Below are positions 42,695-57,761 of a DNA stretch of 64,000 nucleotides, piece by piece (position 1 is the first letter of the stretch; the number at the start of each line of letters is the position of its first letter). A model generated the notes under the pieces. That model saw only the letters and a list, made by a program, of their open reading frames with translations. It did not search any database and was not told the origin of the DNA. This DNA comes from Escherichia coli. Lineage in GTDB: Bacteria > Pseudomonadota > Gammaproteobacteria > Enterobacterales > Enterobacteriaceae. Both the position numbers and the translations under genes were made by a program. Where the stretch lies: NCBI RefSeq assembly GCF_001677475.2, contig NZ_CP015229.1; one strand, 5' to 3'.

Positions 42695-43390
42695 TTACCT
42701 CAACCCGGTTTTCTGCTTCATCGCTGCCATCACCGTCGGTTTATCGGCCAGATAATGATTCAAACCGTTGGCGCGTAAATTACACGCCGCACAATGACCG
42801 CAACCGTCGCCTTTAATGCCGTTATAGCAGGTCAACGTTTCGTTACGGACTAAATCTAGTTTGCCGTAATAATCTGCCAGCGCCCAGGTTTCCGCTTTAT
42901 CAATCCACATCAGCGGCGTTTCAAAACGAATATCTTTCGCCATGCCCAAACTGACGGCATGATTTAGTGCTTTCACAAACTCATCGCGGCAATCCGGATA
43001 ACCGGAGAAATCCGTTTCGCAGACGCCGGTAATTACGGCTTCTGCTTTTACCTGATACGCATATATTGCCGCCAGTGTCAGGAACAAAATATTACGCCCA
43101 GGGACAAACGTATTCGGGATGCCATCAGCTTCAGGTTCATAATCAGGCACCGGAATGCTGTCACGCGTCAGGCTGCTGACCGCCAGCTCGTTGAGCAGCG
43201 TTACATCAAGAACCTTATGCGCGCGTGCTCCCAGTTTCAGCGCCAGTTCGCGTGCCACGTCGATTTCTGCGCGATGTCGCTGACCGTAATCGAACGTCAC
43301 GCAATGGACTTCATCATATTGTTGTAATGCCTGCACCAGACAGGTGGTGGAATCCTGGCCTCCACTGAACACAACGACAGCACGTTTCAT
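42695..43390 (-). CDS. queC: 7-cyano-7-deazaguanine synthase
   Basis: 231-aa [24 protein letters not shown]... (PP-loop SGGxDS), C-terminal Cys cluster. Confidence 0.95.
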
Positions 43391-43454
43391 AGATAATCCT
43401 GCTTGAACAATAAAAGCGTTATGGTAACGCCTGCGATTAACCCGGACCAGCTAT

Positions 43455-45155
43455 TCATTGCGACGGCGCGGGAAGCCAGGCTTCGGTAAATTCAAACCAG
43501 CCTCGCGGTGTCAGTCGCACACCGTTCACGCCGGGAGGGGCGCTAATGCGATAGTGATAGTTGAATAGCGGCGTCAGCGTCGCGTCTGCCATTAACTGGC
43601 TAAAAACCGCTTTCAGGGCATTAAATCGGTTTTCCTCATCAGGCATTACTTGCACCGCGTCCAGTGTCGATTGCAAATGTGCATATGCTGGAGCGTCGAA
43701 AACATGTGGCCACAGTGGATCGCAACGCAGCCATTGCTCCAGGGTATATTCCGGTGCTTCGCCAATTAATCTGTCGCCCATCATGAGGTCTGCGTGTGCC
43801 AGTAGGGTCGTGTCGTCCCAGTTTTTTGCGTTATGAAAAATAATTGTAAGTTCACAGCCTTCCGCTGCCAGTGTCGCCTGTAGGCGTTCTGCCATGGTAT
43901 GAAGTTCTATCGGTAGGTGATAAACCAGCGTCAAGGTTTTCGGTAGTTTGACTTCATCCGGTACTTGCCATTGTGGAATAGTCCAGTCTGGCAGTAATGC
44001 ATGACTGGCGGTGATCAGGTTTTCTCCGACTTCTAACGTTTGTAATAAACCGGATTGATGAATAATGGAGATCACTTTTCGCGCCTGCCAGAGGGACAGT
44101 CGGGGACTTTTGCGCAACGTTAAATAGCAAAAACCTAAACTGATGCCACTACTGACCTGGCTGACCCGTTGCAGCTCCTCCGGTTTGCCGATGGTGATTT
44201 GCACGGGATGCCGACAACTGGTTCCCAAATCTTTTTCGAAAAGCGGCGGAGTTATCCAGTACTCAACCGCTTTAAGCAGCGGATGACGTAAATGGTAATA
44301 ATCATGGCTTTCCAGGCGCACCAGCTCCGCTGTGAATTGTGTTAAGCGAAAAGGACCCGTGCCGATCAGTGGGAATTGCGGATGCGCCAGATGGCTGCAA
44401 TAGCTCGCCAGCCGGTGCGCAAGCCAGTAATCAGGGCGATGTAAAAAGAAGGTCAGACACTGCGGATGGGTGACTTCAATACGCTTCACGCTAATAAATA
44501 ATTGATCCAGTGCTGGCAGTTGTAACAGCATCAATAATCGCTGGTGTAAGTGTGAGGCTTTTACTGCATCGCCGTTATGCCAGTGTAGGGTTGAACGAAG
44601 ATAAAAGTCCCAGCGTAACCCGTCAGTAGAGGTTTCCCAGTGATGCGCTAAATCGCCAATCGGGCGCTGGGTATTATTATCGAAGCGGGTCAGGCCGGAA
44701 AATATCTGTCCGGCGAGATGCTGCTCGGCACGGCCGGGCAAAAAGCCCGGTTGTAGCGGTTCGAGCGGGCGATAGTAGGGAATACGCAACGTGGGTGTAT
44801 CGTTTTGCCATTGTCCGCCCATAAACGGCTGTAACAGAGTGCGCAGCTCACCTGGGGCCAGTTGCGCCAGCTCCAGCACATCTTGCTGCTTTCCGGTTTC
44901 CAGTGCCTTTTCCATCATCGCATTGCGTAGCGATTCTGGCGTGACCAGAAAGCGTAATTGTCCGCGCTTTCCGCGTCCTGACTGCGCCTGCCACTCCAGC
45001 CATCCCGCCTCCTGTGCCTGACGCAACAGCGTACGAACATGGCGTTCGCTGCAAAAACAGCGTTCGGCCAGTTCGCTGACGGTGACGGTTTGCGGCTTTC
45101 CGGCGGAAGGTTGCCACAGACGTTGATACTGGTTAAGACGGTTGAGCAGTCGCAT
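43455..45155 (-). CDS. ybaE: Solute-binding-protein-like protein YbaE
   Basis: ORF 43455..45170 (571 aa); start placed at MRLLNRLNQYQRLWQ (566 aa) from memory of the K-12 protein; the upstream ATG at 45170 is an alternative. Confidence 0.85.
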   Translation of the reverse strand: MRLLNRLNQYQRLWQPSAGKPQTVTVSELAERCFCSERHVRTLLRQAQEAGWLEWQAQSGRGKRGQLRFLVTPESLRNAMMEKALETGKQQDVLELAQLAPGELRTLLQPFMGGQWQNDTPTLRIPYYRPLEPLQPGFLPGRAEQHLAGQIFSGLTRFDNNTQRPIGDLAHHWETSTDGLRWDFYLRSTLHWHNGDAVKASHLHQRLLMLLQLPALDQLFISVKRIEVTHPQCLTFFLHRPDYWLAHRLASYCSHLAHPQFPLIGTGPFRLTQFTAELVRLESHDYYHLRHPLLKAVEYWITPPLFEKDLGTSCRHPVQITIGKPEELQRVSQVSSGISLGFCYLTLRKSPRLSLWQARKVISIIHQSGLLQTLEVGENLITASHALLPDWTIPQWQVPDEVKLPKTLTLVYHLPIELHTMAERLQATLAAEGCELTIIFHNAKNWDDTTLLAHADLMMGDRLIGEAPEYTLEQWLRCDPLWPHVFDAPAYAHLQSTLDAVQVMPDEENRFNALKAVFSQLMADATLTPLFNYHYRISAPPGVNGVRLTPRGWFEFTEAWLPAPSQ

Positions 45156-45254
45156 ATAAACCCGGAACAATATTATTTAACTATTCACTATTACTTCCGT
45201 ATATATCAGGTGATACTCAATCACCATTAACCGTGTCACAGAGTGGAGAAAGAA

Positions 45255-46073
45255 ATGGCTCGTCTGGCAGCATTTGATATGGATGGCACTTTATTGATGC
45301 CTGACCATCATTTAGGTGAGAAAACCCTCTCTACTTTGGCGCGGCTGCGTGAACGCGACATTACCCTCACTTTTGCCACGGGGCGTCATGCGCTGGAGAT
45401 GCAGCATATTCTCGGGGCGCTATCGCTGGATGCATATTTGATTACCGGCAACGGAACGCGCGTGCATTCTCTGGAAGGTGAACTTTTACATCGTGATGAT
45501 TTACCTGCGGATGTCGCGGAGCTGGTGCTGTATCAGCAATGGGATACCCGAGCCAGCATGCATATCTTCAATGACGATGGTTGGTTTACCGGGAAAGAGA
45601 ACCCTGCGTTGTTGCAGGCATTTGTCTATAGCGGTTTTCGTTATCAGATAATCGATGTCAAAAAAATGCCACTCGATCGCGTCACCAAGATCTGCTTCTG
45701 TGGCGATCACGACGATCTTACACGCTTGCAGATCCAGCTACACGAAGCATTAGGCGAGCGTGCACATTTATGTTTTTCCGCCACGGATTGCCTCGAAGTG
45801 CTGCCGGTGGGCTGCAATAAAGGCGCTGCATTGACGGTGCTGACCCAACATTTAGGTTTATCGTTGCGCGATTGCATGGCCTTTGGTGATGCGATGAACG
45901 ATCGCGAAATGTTAGGCAGCGTCGGTAGCGGATTTATTATGGGCAATGCGATGCCGCAATTGCGCGCGGAGCTCCCGCATTTACCGGTGATTGGACATTG
46001 CCGAAATCAGGCTGTCTCTCACTATTTGACGCACTGGCTGGACTATCCACATCTACCTTATTCCCCCGAATAA
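45255..46073 (+). CDS. cof: HMP-PP phosphatase (HAD family) Cof
   Basis: ORF 45243..46073 trimmed to [21 protein letters not shown]... (HAD motif I DMDGT); 272 aa. Confidence 0.92.
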
Positions 46074-46225
46074 CGAGATCCCTTCCAGCACCGGGCAATT
46101 GCCCGGTTTTTTTTGCGTTGAATTTGTCATTTTGTGCCGTGGTGTTTAAACCGCACAGAATAAATTGTCGCGATTTCACCTTTAAAATAGAATTAAAAGA
46201 GAAAAAAATTCTCCGTGGAAGGGCT

Positions 46226-46684
46226 ATGTTAGATAAAATTGACCGTAAGCTGCTGGCCTTACTACAGCAGGATTGCACCCTCTCTTTGCAGGCACTGGCT
46301 GAAGCCGTTAATCTGACAACTACCCCCTGCTGGAAGCGTCTGAAACGGCTGGAGGACGACGGTATTCTTATCGGCAAAGTCGCCCTGCTGGATCCGGAAA
46401 AAATAGGCCTCGGCCTGACCGCCTTTGTGCTGATAAAAACGCAACATCACAGCAGCGAATGGTATTGCCGCTTTGTCACGGTGGTTACCGAAATGCCAGA
46501 AGTGCTGGGGTTCTGGCGCATGGCCGGTGAATACGATTATCTGATGCGCGTCCAGGTTGCCGACATGAAACGCTACGACGAGTTTTATAAGCGTCTGGTA
46601 AACAGCGTGCCGGGGCTGTCGGACGTCACTTCCAGCTTCGCGATGGAACAGATTAAATACACCACTTCTTTACCCATCGAATAA
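46226..46684 (+). CDS. decR: Lrp/AsnC family transcriptional regulator DecR (YbaO)
   Basis: ORF 45998..46684 trimmed to [48 protein letters not shown]...; 152 aa. Confidence 0.9.
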
Positions 46685-46713
46685 ATATCCAGAATCAGGT
46701 CAGGACACAACGC

Positions 46714-50260
<3,547 letters not shown>

Positions 50261-50440
50261 ATAGCGCAATATTTCATCGTTGGTGCAAAAATGTAACGCA
50301 CTGTGCACTGTCATAGTGCGTTTTCATTTTCAATCTTCTTAACTTCCTGCTCTCTTTCTCGTTTTTCATTTCTGGCACACCGCTTGCAATACCTTCTTCG
50401 TGTAGCAGAACCATTACCGAATTCTGACCGGAGGGGATCT

Positions 50441-50779
50441 ATGAAGCTGGTGACCGTGATAATCAAACCATTCAAGCTGGAAGACGTTCGTGAAGCGTTA
50501 TCTTCCATTGGTATTCAGGGCCTGACCGTCACCGAAGTGAAAGGTTTCGGGCGTCAGAAAGGACATGCCGAGCTGTACCGGGGGGCGGAATACAGCGTCA
50601 ATTTCCTGCCAAAAGTAAAAATTGATGTGGCGATTGCTGATGACCAACTCGATGAAGTGATCGATATCGTCAGTAAGGCGGCTTACACCGGAAAAATTGG
50701 CGACGGCAAAATCTTCGTCGCTGAATTGCAACGCGTCATTCGTATTCGTACCGGCGAAGCCGACGAAGCGGCGCTGTAA
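50441..50779 (+). CDS. glnK: Nitrogen regulatory protein PII-2 (GlnK)
   Basis: ORF 50303..50779 trimmed to MKLVTVIIKPFKLEDVREAL...; 112 aa. Confidence 0.95.
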   Translation: MKLVTVIIKPFKLEDVREALSSIGIQGLTVTEVKGFGRQKGHAELYRGAEYSVNFLPKVKIDVAIADDQLDEVIDIVSKAAYTGKIGDGKIFVAELQRVIRIRTGEADEAAL

Positions 50780-50808
50780 TCTCTGGCACACAGCAACAGG
50801 AACGAAAA

Positions 50809-52095
50809 ATGAAGATAGCGACGATAAAAACTGGGCTTGCTTCACTGGCGATGCTGCCGGGACTGGTAATGGCTGCACCTGCGGTGGCCGATAAAGCCGA
50901 CAATGCGTTTATGATGATTTGTACTGCGCTGGTGCTGTTTATGACTATTCCGGGGATTGCCCTGTTTTACGGTGGGTTGATTCGCGGCAAAAACGTGCTG
51001 TCGATGCTGACGCAGGTGACGGTGACGTTTGCACTGGTCTGTATTCTCTGGGTGGTTTACGGTTACTCGCTGGCGTTTGGTGAGGGAAACAACTTCTTCG
51101 GCAACATTAACTGGTTGATGCTGAAAAACATCGAACTGACGGCGGTGATGGGCAGCATTTATCAGTATATCCACGTAGCGTTTCAGGGATCGTTTGCCTG
51201 CATTACCGTAGGCTTGATAGTTGGAGCACTGGCGGAACGAATCCGCTTCTCAGCTGTGTTGATTTTCGTGGTTGTATGGCTGACGCTCTCCTACATTCCG
51301 ATTGCGCATATGGTCTGGGGCGGCGGTTTGCTGGCTTCTCACGGTGCACTGGATTTCGCGGGTGGCACGGTGGTGCACATTAACGCCGCAATCGCCGGCC
51401 TGGTGGGCGCGTATCTGATAGGCAAACGCGTGGGCTTCGGCAAAGAGGCGTTTAAACCGCACAACCTGCCGATGGTCTTCACCGGGACTGCCATTCTCTA
51501 TATCGGTTGGTTTGGCTTTAACGCCGGGTCAGCGGGCACGGCGAATGAAATCGCAGCACTGGCATTTGTGAATACTGTGGTCGCAACGGCGGCGGCAATT
51601 CTTGGCTGGATCTTCGGTGAATGGGCGCTGCGTGGTAAGCCTTCACTGCTGGGAGCGTGTTCAGGCGCGATTGCCGGTCTGGTCGGCGTGACGCCAGCGT
51701 GTGGCTACATTGGTGTTGGCGGCGCGTTGATTATCGGCGTGGTAGCTGGTCTGGCGGGCTTGTGGGGCGTTACCATGCTCAAACGCTTGCTGCGGGTGGA
51801 TGATCCCTGCGATGTCTTCGGTGTGCACGGCGTTTGTGGCATTGTCGGCTGTATCATGACCGGGATTTTTGCTGCCAGCTCGCTGGGCGGCGTGGGCTTC
51901 GCTGAAGGTGTGACGATGGGCCATCAGTTGCTGGTACAGCTGGAAAGCATCGCCATTACGATCGTCTGGTCCGGTGTGGTGGCATTTATTGGCTACAAAC
52001 TGGCGGATCTGACGGTTGGTCTGCGTGTGCCGGAAGAACAAGAGCGAGAAGGGCTGGACGTCAACAGCCACGGCGAGAATGCCTATAACGCGTAA
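50809..52095 (+). CDS. amtB: Ammonium transporter AmtB
   Basis: 428-aa ORF, MKIATIKTGLASLAMLPGLVMA (signal peptide), polytopic membrane protein. Confidence 0.96.
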   Translation: MKIATIKTGLASLAMLPGLVMAAPAVADKADNAFMMICTALVLFMTIPGIALFYGGLIRGKNVLSMLTQVTVTFALVCILWVVYGYSLAFGEGNNFFGNINWLMLKNIELTAVMGSIYQYIHVAFQGSFACITVGLIVGALAERIRFSAVLIFVVVWLTLSYIPIAHMVWGGGLLASHGALDFAGGTVVHINAAIAGLVGAYLIGKRVGFGKEAFKPHNLPMVFTGTAILYIGWFGFNAGSAGTANEIAALAFVNTVVATAAAILGWIFGEWALRGKPSLLGACSGAIAGLVGVTPACGYIGVGGALIIGVVAGLAGLWGVTMLKRLLRVDDPCDVFGVHGVCGIVGCIMTGIFAASSLGGVGFAEGVTMGHQLLVQLESIAITIVWSGVVAFIGYKLADLTVGLRVPEEQEREGLDVNSHGENAYNA

Positions 52096-52104
52096 CAAGC
52101 ACTG

Positions 52105-52145
52105 CAAAAAACAGCCGGACGGTTTTCACCTCCGGCTATTTTTTT
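52105..52145. terminator. Bidirectional terminator between convergent amtB and tesB
   Basis: A-run, stem agccgga / tccggct, then tatttttttaat. Confidence 0.65.
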
Positions 52146-53004
52146 AATTGTGATTACGCATTACCCCTTCCTGAACGGTCGAGGCAACCAGCACGCCGTC
52201 CTGAGTATAAAACTCACCGCGCACAAAGCCGCGTGCGCTGGACGCCGAGGTGCTCTCCACGCTATACAGCAGCCATTCATTCAAATTAAACGGGCGATGG
52301 AACCACATGGAATGGTCGATGGTCGCTATCTGAATTCCTGGTTCGAGAAAACCGATGCCGTGCGGCTGTAGAGCTACCGGCAGGAAGTTAAGATCAGAAG
52401 CGTAACCGAGCAGATACTGATGAACGCGCAGATCATCCGGCACGCTACCATTAGCGCGGATCCACACCTGACGATGCGGTTCTGCGACGTGCCCTTTCAG
52501 TGGGTTATGAAACTCCACCGGACGGACTTCAAGCGGACGATCGCAGATGAATTTATCTTTCAGCACTGGCGGCAGCAGGTGCGCCAGCGACTGGGCGATT
52601 TGCGTTTCCGAAGGCAGGCCATCAGGCGCTGGCGCGGACGGCATTGTTTTTTGATGTTCGAAACCCGCTTCTGGTGCCTGGAAAGAGGCAGTCATATAAA
52701 AAATCGGTTTGCCGTTTTGAATAGCAGCAACCCGGCGGGCGCTGAAGCTGTTACCGTCACGCAGCGTTTCGACATCATAAATAATCGGCTTCTTACTATC
52801 GCCTGGGCGAAGAAAGTAGCTGTGAAACGAATGTACCAGCCGCTCTTCAGGGACGGTCTCTTTTGCAGCATACAAGGCCTGACCCACGACCTGGCCGCCA
52901 AACACCTGGCGTAAACCTAAATCTTCACTCTGGCCGCGAAAGAGTCCTTCCTCAATTTTTTCCAGATTTAACAATGTCAGTAAATTTTTTAGCGCCTGAC
53001 TCAT
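52144..53004 (-). CDS. tesB: Acyl-CoA thioesterase II
   Basis: ORF 52144..53088 trimmed to [37 protein letters not shown]...; 286 aa. Confidence 0.94.
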
Positions 53005-53221
53005 ATAACTCTCCAGTAACAAAGCTGCCGCAGCAAGCCAAAGTGAGTTGAGTATAACGCAAATTTGCCACTGGTCCGATGGGTGCAATGGTCTGAATTA
53101 CGGGCTAATTACAGGCAGAAATGCGTGATGTGTGCCACACTTGTTGACGTTACTATTTTGTTAACCACTCTTCCGGCGAGGAAAGTTAGCCCGCTGGTGC
53201 ATTGATAATAAGGAGAAGTGA

Positions 53222-53794
53222 ATGAAACTCGTGCACATGGCCAGTGGTTTAGCGGTTGCGATTGCGGTGGCGGCTTGCGCAGATAAAAGCGCGGATATTC
53301 AGACGCCAGCACCGGCTGCAAATACGTCTATTTCAGCAACACAACAACCTGCTATCCAGCAACCGAATGTCTCCGGTACCGTCTGGATCCGTCAGAAAGT
53401 CGCACTGCCGCCTGATGCCGTGCTGACCGTGACACTTTCTGACGCGTCGTTAGCCGATGCACCGTCAAAAGTGCTGGCGCAGAAAGCGGTGCGTACCGAA
53501 GGCAAACAGTCACCATTCAGCTTTGTTCTGCCATTTAACCCGGCAGATGTTCAGCCGAACGCGCGTATTCTGTTGAGTGCGGCGATTACCGTTAATGACA
53601 AACTGGTATTTATTACCGATACCGTTCAGCCGGTGATCAACCAGGGCGGAACGAAAGCCGACCTGACATTGGTGCCGGTACAGCAAACCGCCGTGCCGGT
53701 TCAGGCCAGCGGTGGCGCAACGACTACCGTACCTTCAACTTCACCAACCCAGGTGAATCCGTCTTCGGCAGTTCCAGCTCCTACGCAATATTAA
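53222..53794 (+). CDS. ybaY: Lipoprotein YbaY
   Basis: 190-aa ORF, MKLVHMASGLAVAIAVAAC (lipobox). Confidence 0.92.
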   Translation: MKLVHMASGLAVAIAVAACADKSADIQTPAPAANTSISATQQPAIQQPNVSGTVWIRQKVALPPDAVLTVTLSDASLADAPSKVLAQKAVRTEGKQSPFSFVLPFNPADVQPNARILLSAAITVNDKLVFITDTVQPVINQGGTKADLTLVPVQQTAVPVQASGGATTTVPSTSPTQVNPSSAVPAPTQY

Positions 53795-53824
53795 GCGCAG
53801 TTAACCCTCTCCGCCCGGAGAGGG

Positions 53825-54214
53825 TTAGTAGTTCCAGCGATAACGCTGCAAGTCGATTTGCCCGCTTCCCGATACCATCACACCTTCTGCCAGTAATGCC
53901 TGTCGTTGACGCTGTAAATCCGGTCCGGTTAGCGAAATTGTGCCGTGGCGATTAACCACCCGGTGCCAGGGCAAGGAGCTGCCTTCAGGGAGACGCTTTA
54001 ACACACCGCCCACCTGGCGCGCGGCGCGGGGCGATCCTGCCAGTTTCGCCACATCACCGTAAGTGGTGACATAGCCTTCGGGAATAGCGGCGACGATTTG
54101 CCAGACGCGTTGGGGAAATGAATCTTCTTTTTCCATCTTTTCTTCCTGAGGTAATTTTTCAGCATAATCTGGAAAAACGCCCGAGTGAAGTCGCATTGCG
54201 CAAGAAACCAGCAT
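53825..54214 (-). CDS. atl: DNA base-flipping alkyltransferase-like protein Atl (YbaZ)
   Basis: ORF 53825..54235; start placed at MLVSCAMRLHSGVFPDY to give 129 aa (from memory); MGMT-like fold without the active-site Cys (PWHRVV). Confidence 0.85.
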   Translation of the reverse strand: MLVSCAMRLHSGVFPDYAEKLPQEEKMEKEDSFPQRVWQIVAAIPEGYVTTYGDVAKLAGSPRAARQVGGVLKRLPEGSSLPWHRVVNRHGTISLTGPDLQRQRQALLAEGVMVSGSGQIDLQRYRWNY

Positions 54215-54290
54215 CCGGCACGCAATGGGTTGCAATTAGCCGGGGCAGCAGTGATAATGCGCCTGCGCGTTGGTTCTCAACGCTCTCAAT

Positions 54291-54404
54291 GGGGGCTCTG
54301 TTGGTTCTCCCGCAACGCTACTCTGTTTACCAGGTCAGGTCCGGAAGGAAGCAGCCAAGGCAGATGACGCGTGTGCCGGGATGTAGCTGGCAGGGCCCCC
54401 ACCC
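54291..54404 (+). ncRNA. ffs: 4.5S RNA (signal recognition particle RNA)
   Basis: 114-nt sequence gggggctctgttggttctcccgcaacgctactctg...ggcagggcccccaccc recognised as the E. coli 4.5S RNA; 5' GGGGG pairs with the 3' CCCCC. Confidence 0.95.
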
Positions 54405-54514
54405 ATTTCTGCCTCCCCCCGTTTCGTCAAAAAATCCCAATATGGCTAAACTTTAACCACAACTGACGTCGCAAGAATTGTCTGGCTGCGCAGTACGCTT
54501 CGGAGGTATGTCTG

Positions 54515-54868
54515 ATGAAGTATGTTGATGGTTTTGTGGTTGCCGTTCCTGCCGATAAAAAGGATGCCTATCGGGAAATGGCTGCTAAGGCTGCGCCATT
54601 GTTTAAAGAGTTTGGCGCGCTTCGTATTGTCGAATGCTGGGCCAGCGATGTACCGGATGGCAAAGTGACCGATTTTCGTATGGCGGTGAAAGCGGAAGAA
54701 AATGAAGAGGTTGTCTTTAGCTGGATTGAATACCCTTCAAAAGAGGTCCGCGACGCAGCTAATCAAAAGATGATGTCGGACCCACGGATGAAAGAGTTCG
54801 GCGAGTCCATGCCGTTTGACGGCAAGCGAATGATCTATGGCGGATTCGAGTCAATCATCGACGAATAG
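54515..54868 (+). CDS. ybaA: DUF1428 family protein YbaA
   Basis: 117-aa ORF, MKYVDGFVVAVPADKKDAYREMAAKAAPLFKEFGAL... Confidence 0.92.
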   Translation: MKYVDGFVVAVPADKKDAYREMAAKAAPLFKEFGALRIVECWASDVPDGKVTDFRMAVKAEENEEVVFSWIEYPSKEVRDAANQKMMSDPRMKEFGESMPFDGKRMIYGGFESIIDE

Positions 54869-54909
54869 GTAGCGTGACGGGCTGTGCGGCGTGCCGTCAG
54901 CCCTACAAT

Positions 54910-56460
54910 TCACAAATGTTGCTCGGCCCAGCGTAAGAAATCTTCTTTCGGTAATGCCTTGCTGTAGAGCCAGCCCTGACCGTAGTGCACGCCATGCTGG
55001 CGTAACCACTCTTCTTGTTTACTGGTTTCGATTCCCTCCGCTACCATTTTCAGTTTCAGTGTTTTTGCCATTTCGATGATATGCGGCGTGACATTTTTAT
55101 ATTCCAGCGCATCAACGAAAGATTTATCGATCTTCAGAATGTCGACATCCAGATCCTGTAAATAACTTAAACTTGAATACCCCGTACCAAAATCATCAAG
55201 ATAAATTTCATGGCCCGCCTCCCGGTAGCGAGAAATTATCGGGGCGCTGGTTTTCGGATCGGCAAACTCGCGTTCAGTGAGTTCAAGCGCGATCTGTCTG
55301 GGATTAACCTGATAGTGATTGATCATTTCACGCAGCAATTGCGGGATTTTTTCCGAGGTGAGCACGGTGGATTCAAGATTGATCGAAATATGCTGCCGTG
55401 GATGCTGACGCAGCCAGTCGCCCATATCTTCAAAGACGCTTCTTATAATCAGTAGCGTCAATGGCTCAGAAAGGCCCGTTTGCTGTGCCAGCGGAATAAA
55501 ACTATCTGGTGACAACCAACTACCGTCTGTCTGCGGCCAGCGCGCCAGTGCCTCAGCACCGACAATTTTGCCATTGGCTAAGGAGACAATCGGCTGATAG
55601 TGTACGCAAATATCACGATTTTCGATAGCATCCTGCAGCCGATGATGCGGTGACTGGATACGGCGCAAAATACGCAGCACAAACATCGCTGCCAGCAGGC
55701 CAATCACCAACCCGAGCGGTAACCAAATAAAGACTTGCCGATGCCAGCCTTTCTGCAACATTTTCGTTGAAGCCCAGGTGATGATCGAAATATTCATTTC
55801 CGGGAAGGGCAGGATATCGTAAATGATTCCATTATTTTCGATATGCTCACCGGGTGTTTTTTGTAGTCTGGTAATAATTCCCTGAGCAATTTCATCGCTG
55901 CTGGTTATGACAACGTTATGGGCATTGCCAATAATGGCGGCATCAATTTGCCATGAGCTATAGGGAATGACATCAATAAAGGAAGCGGGGTCGATCATGA
56001 CGACATAATGTGCCGTTCCCATGGCAACCATGTAACGGATAATGCCTAAATCGTTATGCGATGTTAACCAGACACGATAACCATCTTTCGAAATTTTACC
56101 TGGCTCGGGGAAGGTATCGGGCGGGCTTTCATGCTCCAGAGACGAACACTGGGGAACGTTGTTATCGATATAAACCACTTCCTGAATATAGCGATAACTG
56201 TAAGATACCCGACGCATTTCCATGAGATGGGCTTCGCTACAGGCAGCGCCTTGCCATCTTTCCAGCTCTTGCAGCGCATCTTTCCCTTGTGTCGCCACCT
56301 TATTGGCCCGAATAGCGACGCGGGAGGAATAGGTATTTAGCTCTTCAATAAATGATGTTTCTACTTGCTGATGGGCCAGCCAGATGCTTAAGCCGACAGG
56401 CAGCAATACTGAAAGAATCAGTACTCCCGAAATCAGGCTGACCAGATGTCGTGTTCTCAC
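54910..56460 (-). CDS. pdeB: c-di-GMP phosphodiesterase PdeB (YlaB), CSS-EAL membrane protein
   Basis: ORF 54910..56466; a GTG start at 56460 gives (M)RTRHLVSLISGVL..., 516 aa, as I recall for K-12; EAL domain motifs present. Confidence 0.88.
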   Translation of the reverse strand: MRTRHLVSLISGVLILSVLLPVGLSIWLAHQQVETSFIEELNTYSSRVAIRANKVATQGKDALQELERWQGAACSEAHLMEMRRVSYSYRYIQEVVYIDNNVPQCSSLEHESPPDTFPEPGKISKDGYRVWLTSHNDLGIIRYMVAMGTAHYVVMIDPASFIDVIPYSSWQIDAAIIGNAHNVVITSSDEIAQGIITRLQKTPGEHIENNGIIYDILPFPEMNISIITWASTKMLQKGWHRQVFIWLPLGLVIGLLAAMFVLRILRRIQSPHHRLQDAIENRDICVHYQPIVSLANGKIVGAEALARWPQTDGSWLSPDSFIPLAQQTGLSEPLTLLIIRSVFEDMGDWLRQHPRQHISINLESTVLTSEKIPQLLREMINHYQVNPRQIALELTEREFADPKTSAPIISRYREAGHEIYLDDFGTGYSSLSYLQDLDVDILKIDKSFVDALEYKNVTPHIIEMAKTLKLKMVAEGIETSKQEEWLRQHGVHYGQGWLYSKALPKEDFLRWAEQHL

Positions 56461-56623
56461 CAGCATATCCTTATTAACACAGTGTAGGGAAAGTATATCT
56501 GATTGTGGAAAAAGGCTGGCAGGAGATAAGGAGGTAGCGCTGGTATTTCATGAAGCGATGGGTGGAAACGATCGTTGTCATTTGACCAGGCGTAGAGCTT
56601 TACGCCTGGTATGTAACCCTAAC

Positions 56624-57094
56624 TTAAGATGTTGATTCGGCGCGAGCGAGGGTAAAAATATCGTAAAAAGACAGTTCACCTTTACGGACGATCATTTTTT
56701 GCAGTTGTTCTTTATGAACATCCGCGACACGCGGAGAGTTCAAGATGGCTTCAACCAGCGCGGCAGGTACAAAGCGCGTGTTGTACCATTCGCCGTTATA
56801 GCAAACGCGGAAATCCAGCACGTCGATATCTTCATAGCGGTAGCGTGGGTAGACATCGAAAAAGAAGAAACCATTAAGCAGGATAAATAATACAACCAGT
56901 AGCCAGACAGAGCCTGAAAGCGTTTCGGACTGCAACATCACCGCCAGGGTGGCAAAAAAAGCAACGTACATACCGATAAACAGCCCCGGATGTTTACGGA
57001 TAAAACTGATACTAAAGCGGGGTTTGTTGTCGCGTTTTTCGCGGGTATTCAGAGACTCAATCGTTTCGGTCAGCAGGCGTTGTATTTCGGTCAT
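56624..57094 (-). CDS. ylaC: Inner-membrane protein YlaC
   Basis: ORF 56624..57133 trimmed to [22 protein letters not shown]...; 156 aa, two hydrophobic helices. Confidence 0.88.
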
Positions 57095-57209
57095 CGTTTG
57101 CCTTCGTGGTATCTGCAACTTTCCAGGGAACACCCTATTTTAACGTGGGAACAGTAGAGGGAAAGTAACAGATTTACCACAATTTTGCATAACAGTTGCG
57201 AAAAACAGG

Positions 57210-57761
57210 TTACAATTTTTTAATGATTCTGGCTGGATTACCGCCCACGACAACATTGTCCGGGACATCTTTTGTGACAACTGCACCTGAGGCTACCACG
57301 ACGTTATCACCAATGGTCACACCAGGGTTAATGACCGCGCGTCCGCCAATCCAGACGTTATTACCGAGGGTGACGGGTTTCCCCAGTTCAACACCGCTAT
57401 TACGTGCTACAGGGTCGATGGGATGTGTTGCCGTGTAGATATGAACACCTGGCGCTAACATACAGTTATCACCGATGCGAATAGGGCAGACATCAAGCAT
57501 CACGCAATCGAAGTTGGCGAAAAAATTATTGCCGAGAAAAATGTTATAGCCATAGTCACAACGAAACGTTGGCTCAATATAAGCCTCTGTCACCTGACCG
57601 AATAATTCAGCGAGAATTTGCTGGCGTAATGTGTGCTCTTCCGCCAGGGAATGATTGTATCGGTGAATAAGCTGACGAGCGCGCAGGCGATCGCGAGATA
57701 ACGTCTCATCTGCCGAGCGATATAACTCACCAGCAATCATCTTTTCTTTTTCTGTGCTCAT
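57210..57761 (-). CDS. maa: Maltose O-acetyltransferase
   Basis: 183-aa [24 protein letters not shown]..., hexapeptide-repeat acyltransferase. Confidence 0.95.
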   Translation of the reverse strand: MSTEKEKMIAGELYRSADETLSRDRLRARQLIHRYNHSLAEEHTLRQQILAELFGQVTEAYIEPTFRCDYGYNIFLGNNFFANFDCVMLDVCPIRIGDNCMLAPGVHIYTATHPIDPVARNSGVELGKPVTLGNNVWIGGRAVINPGVTIGDNVVVASGAVVTKDVPDNVVVGGNPARIIKKL

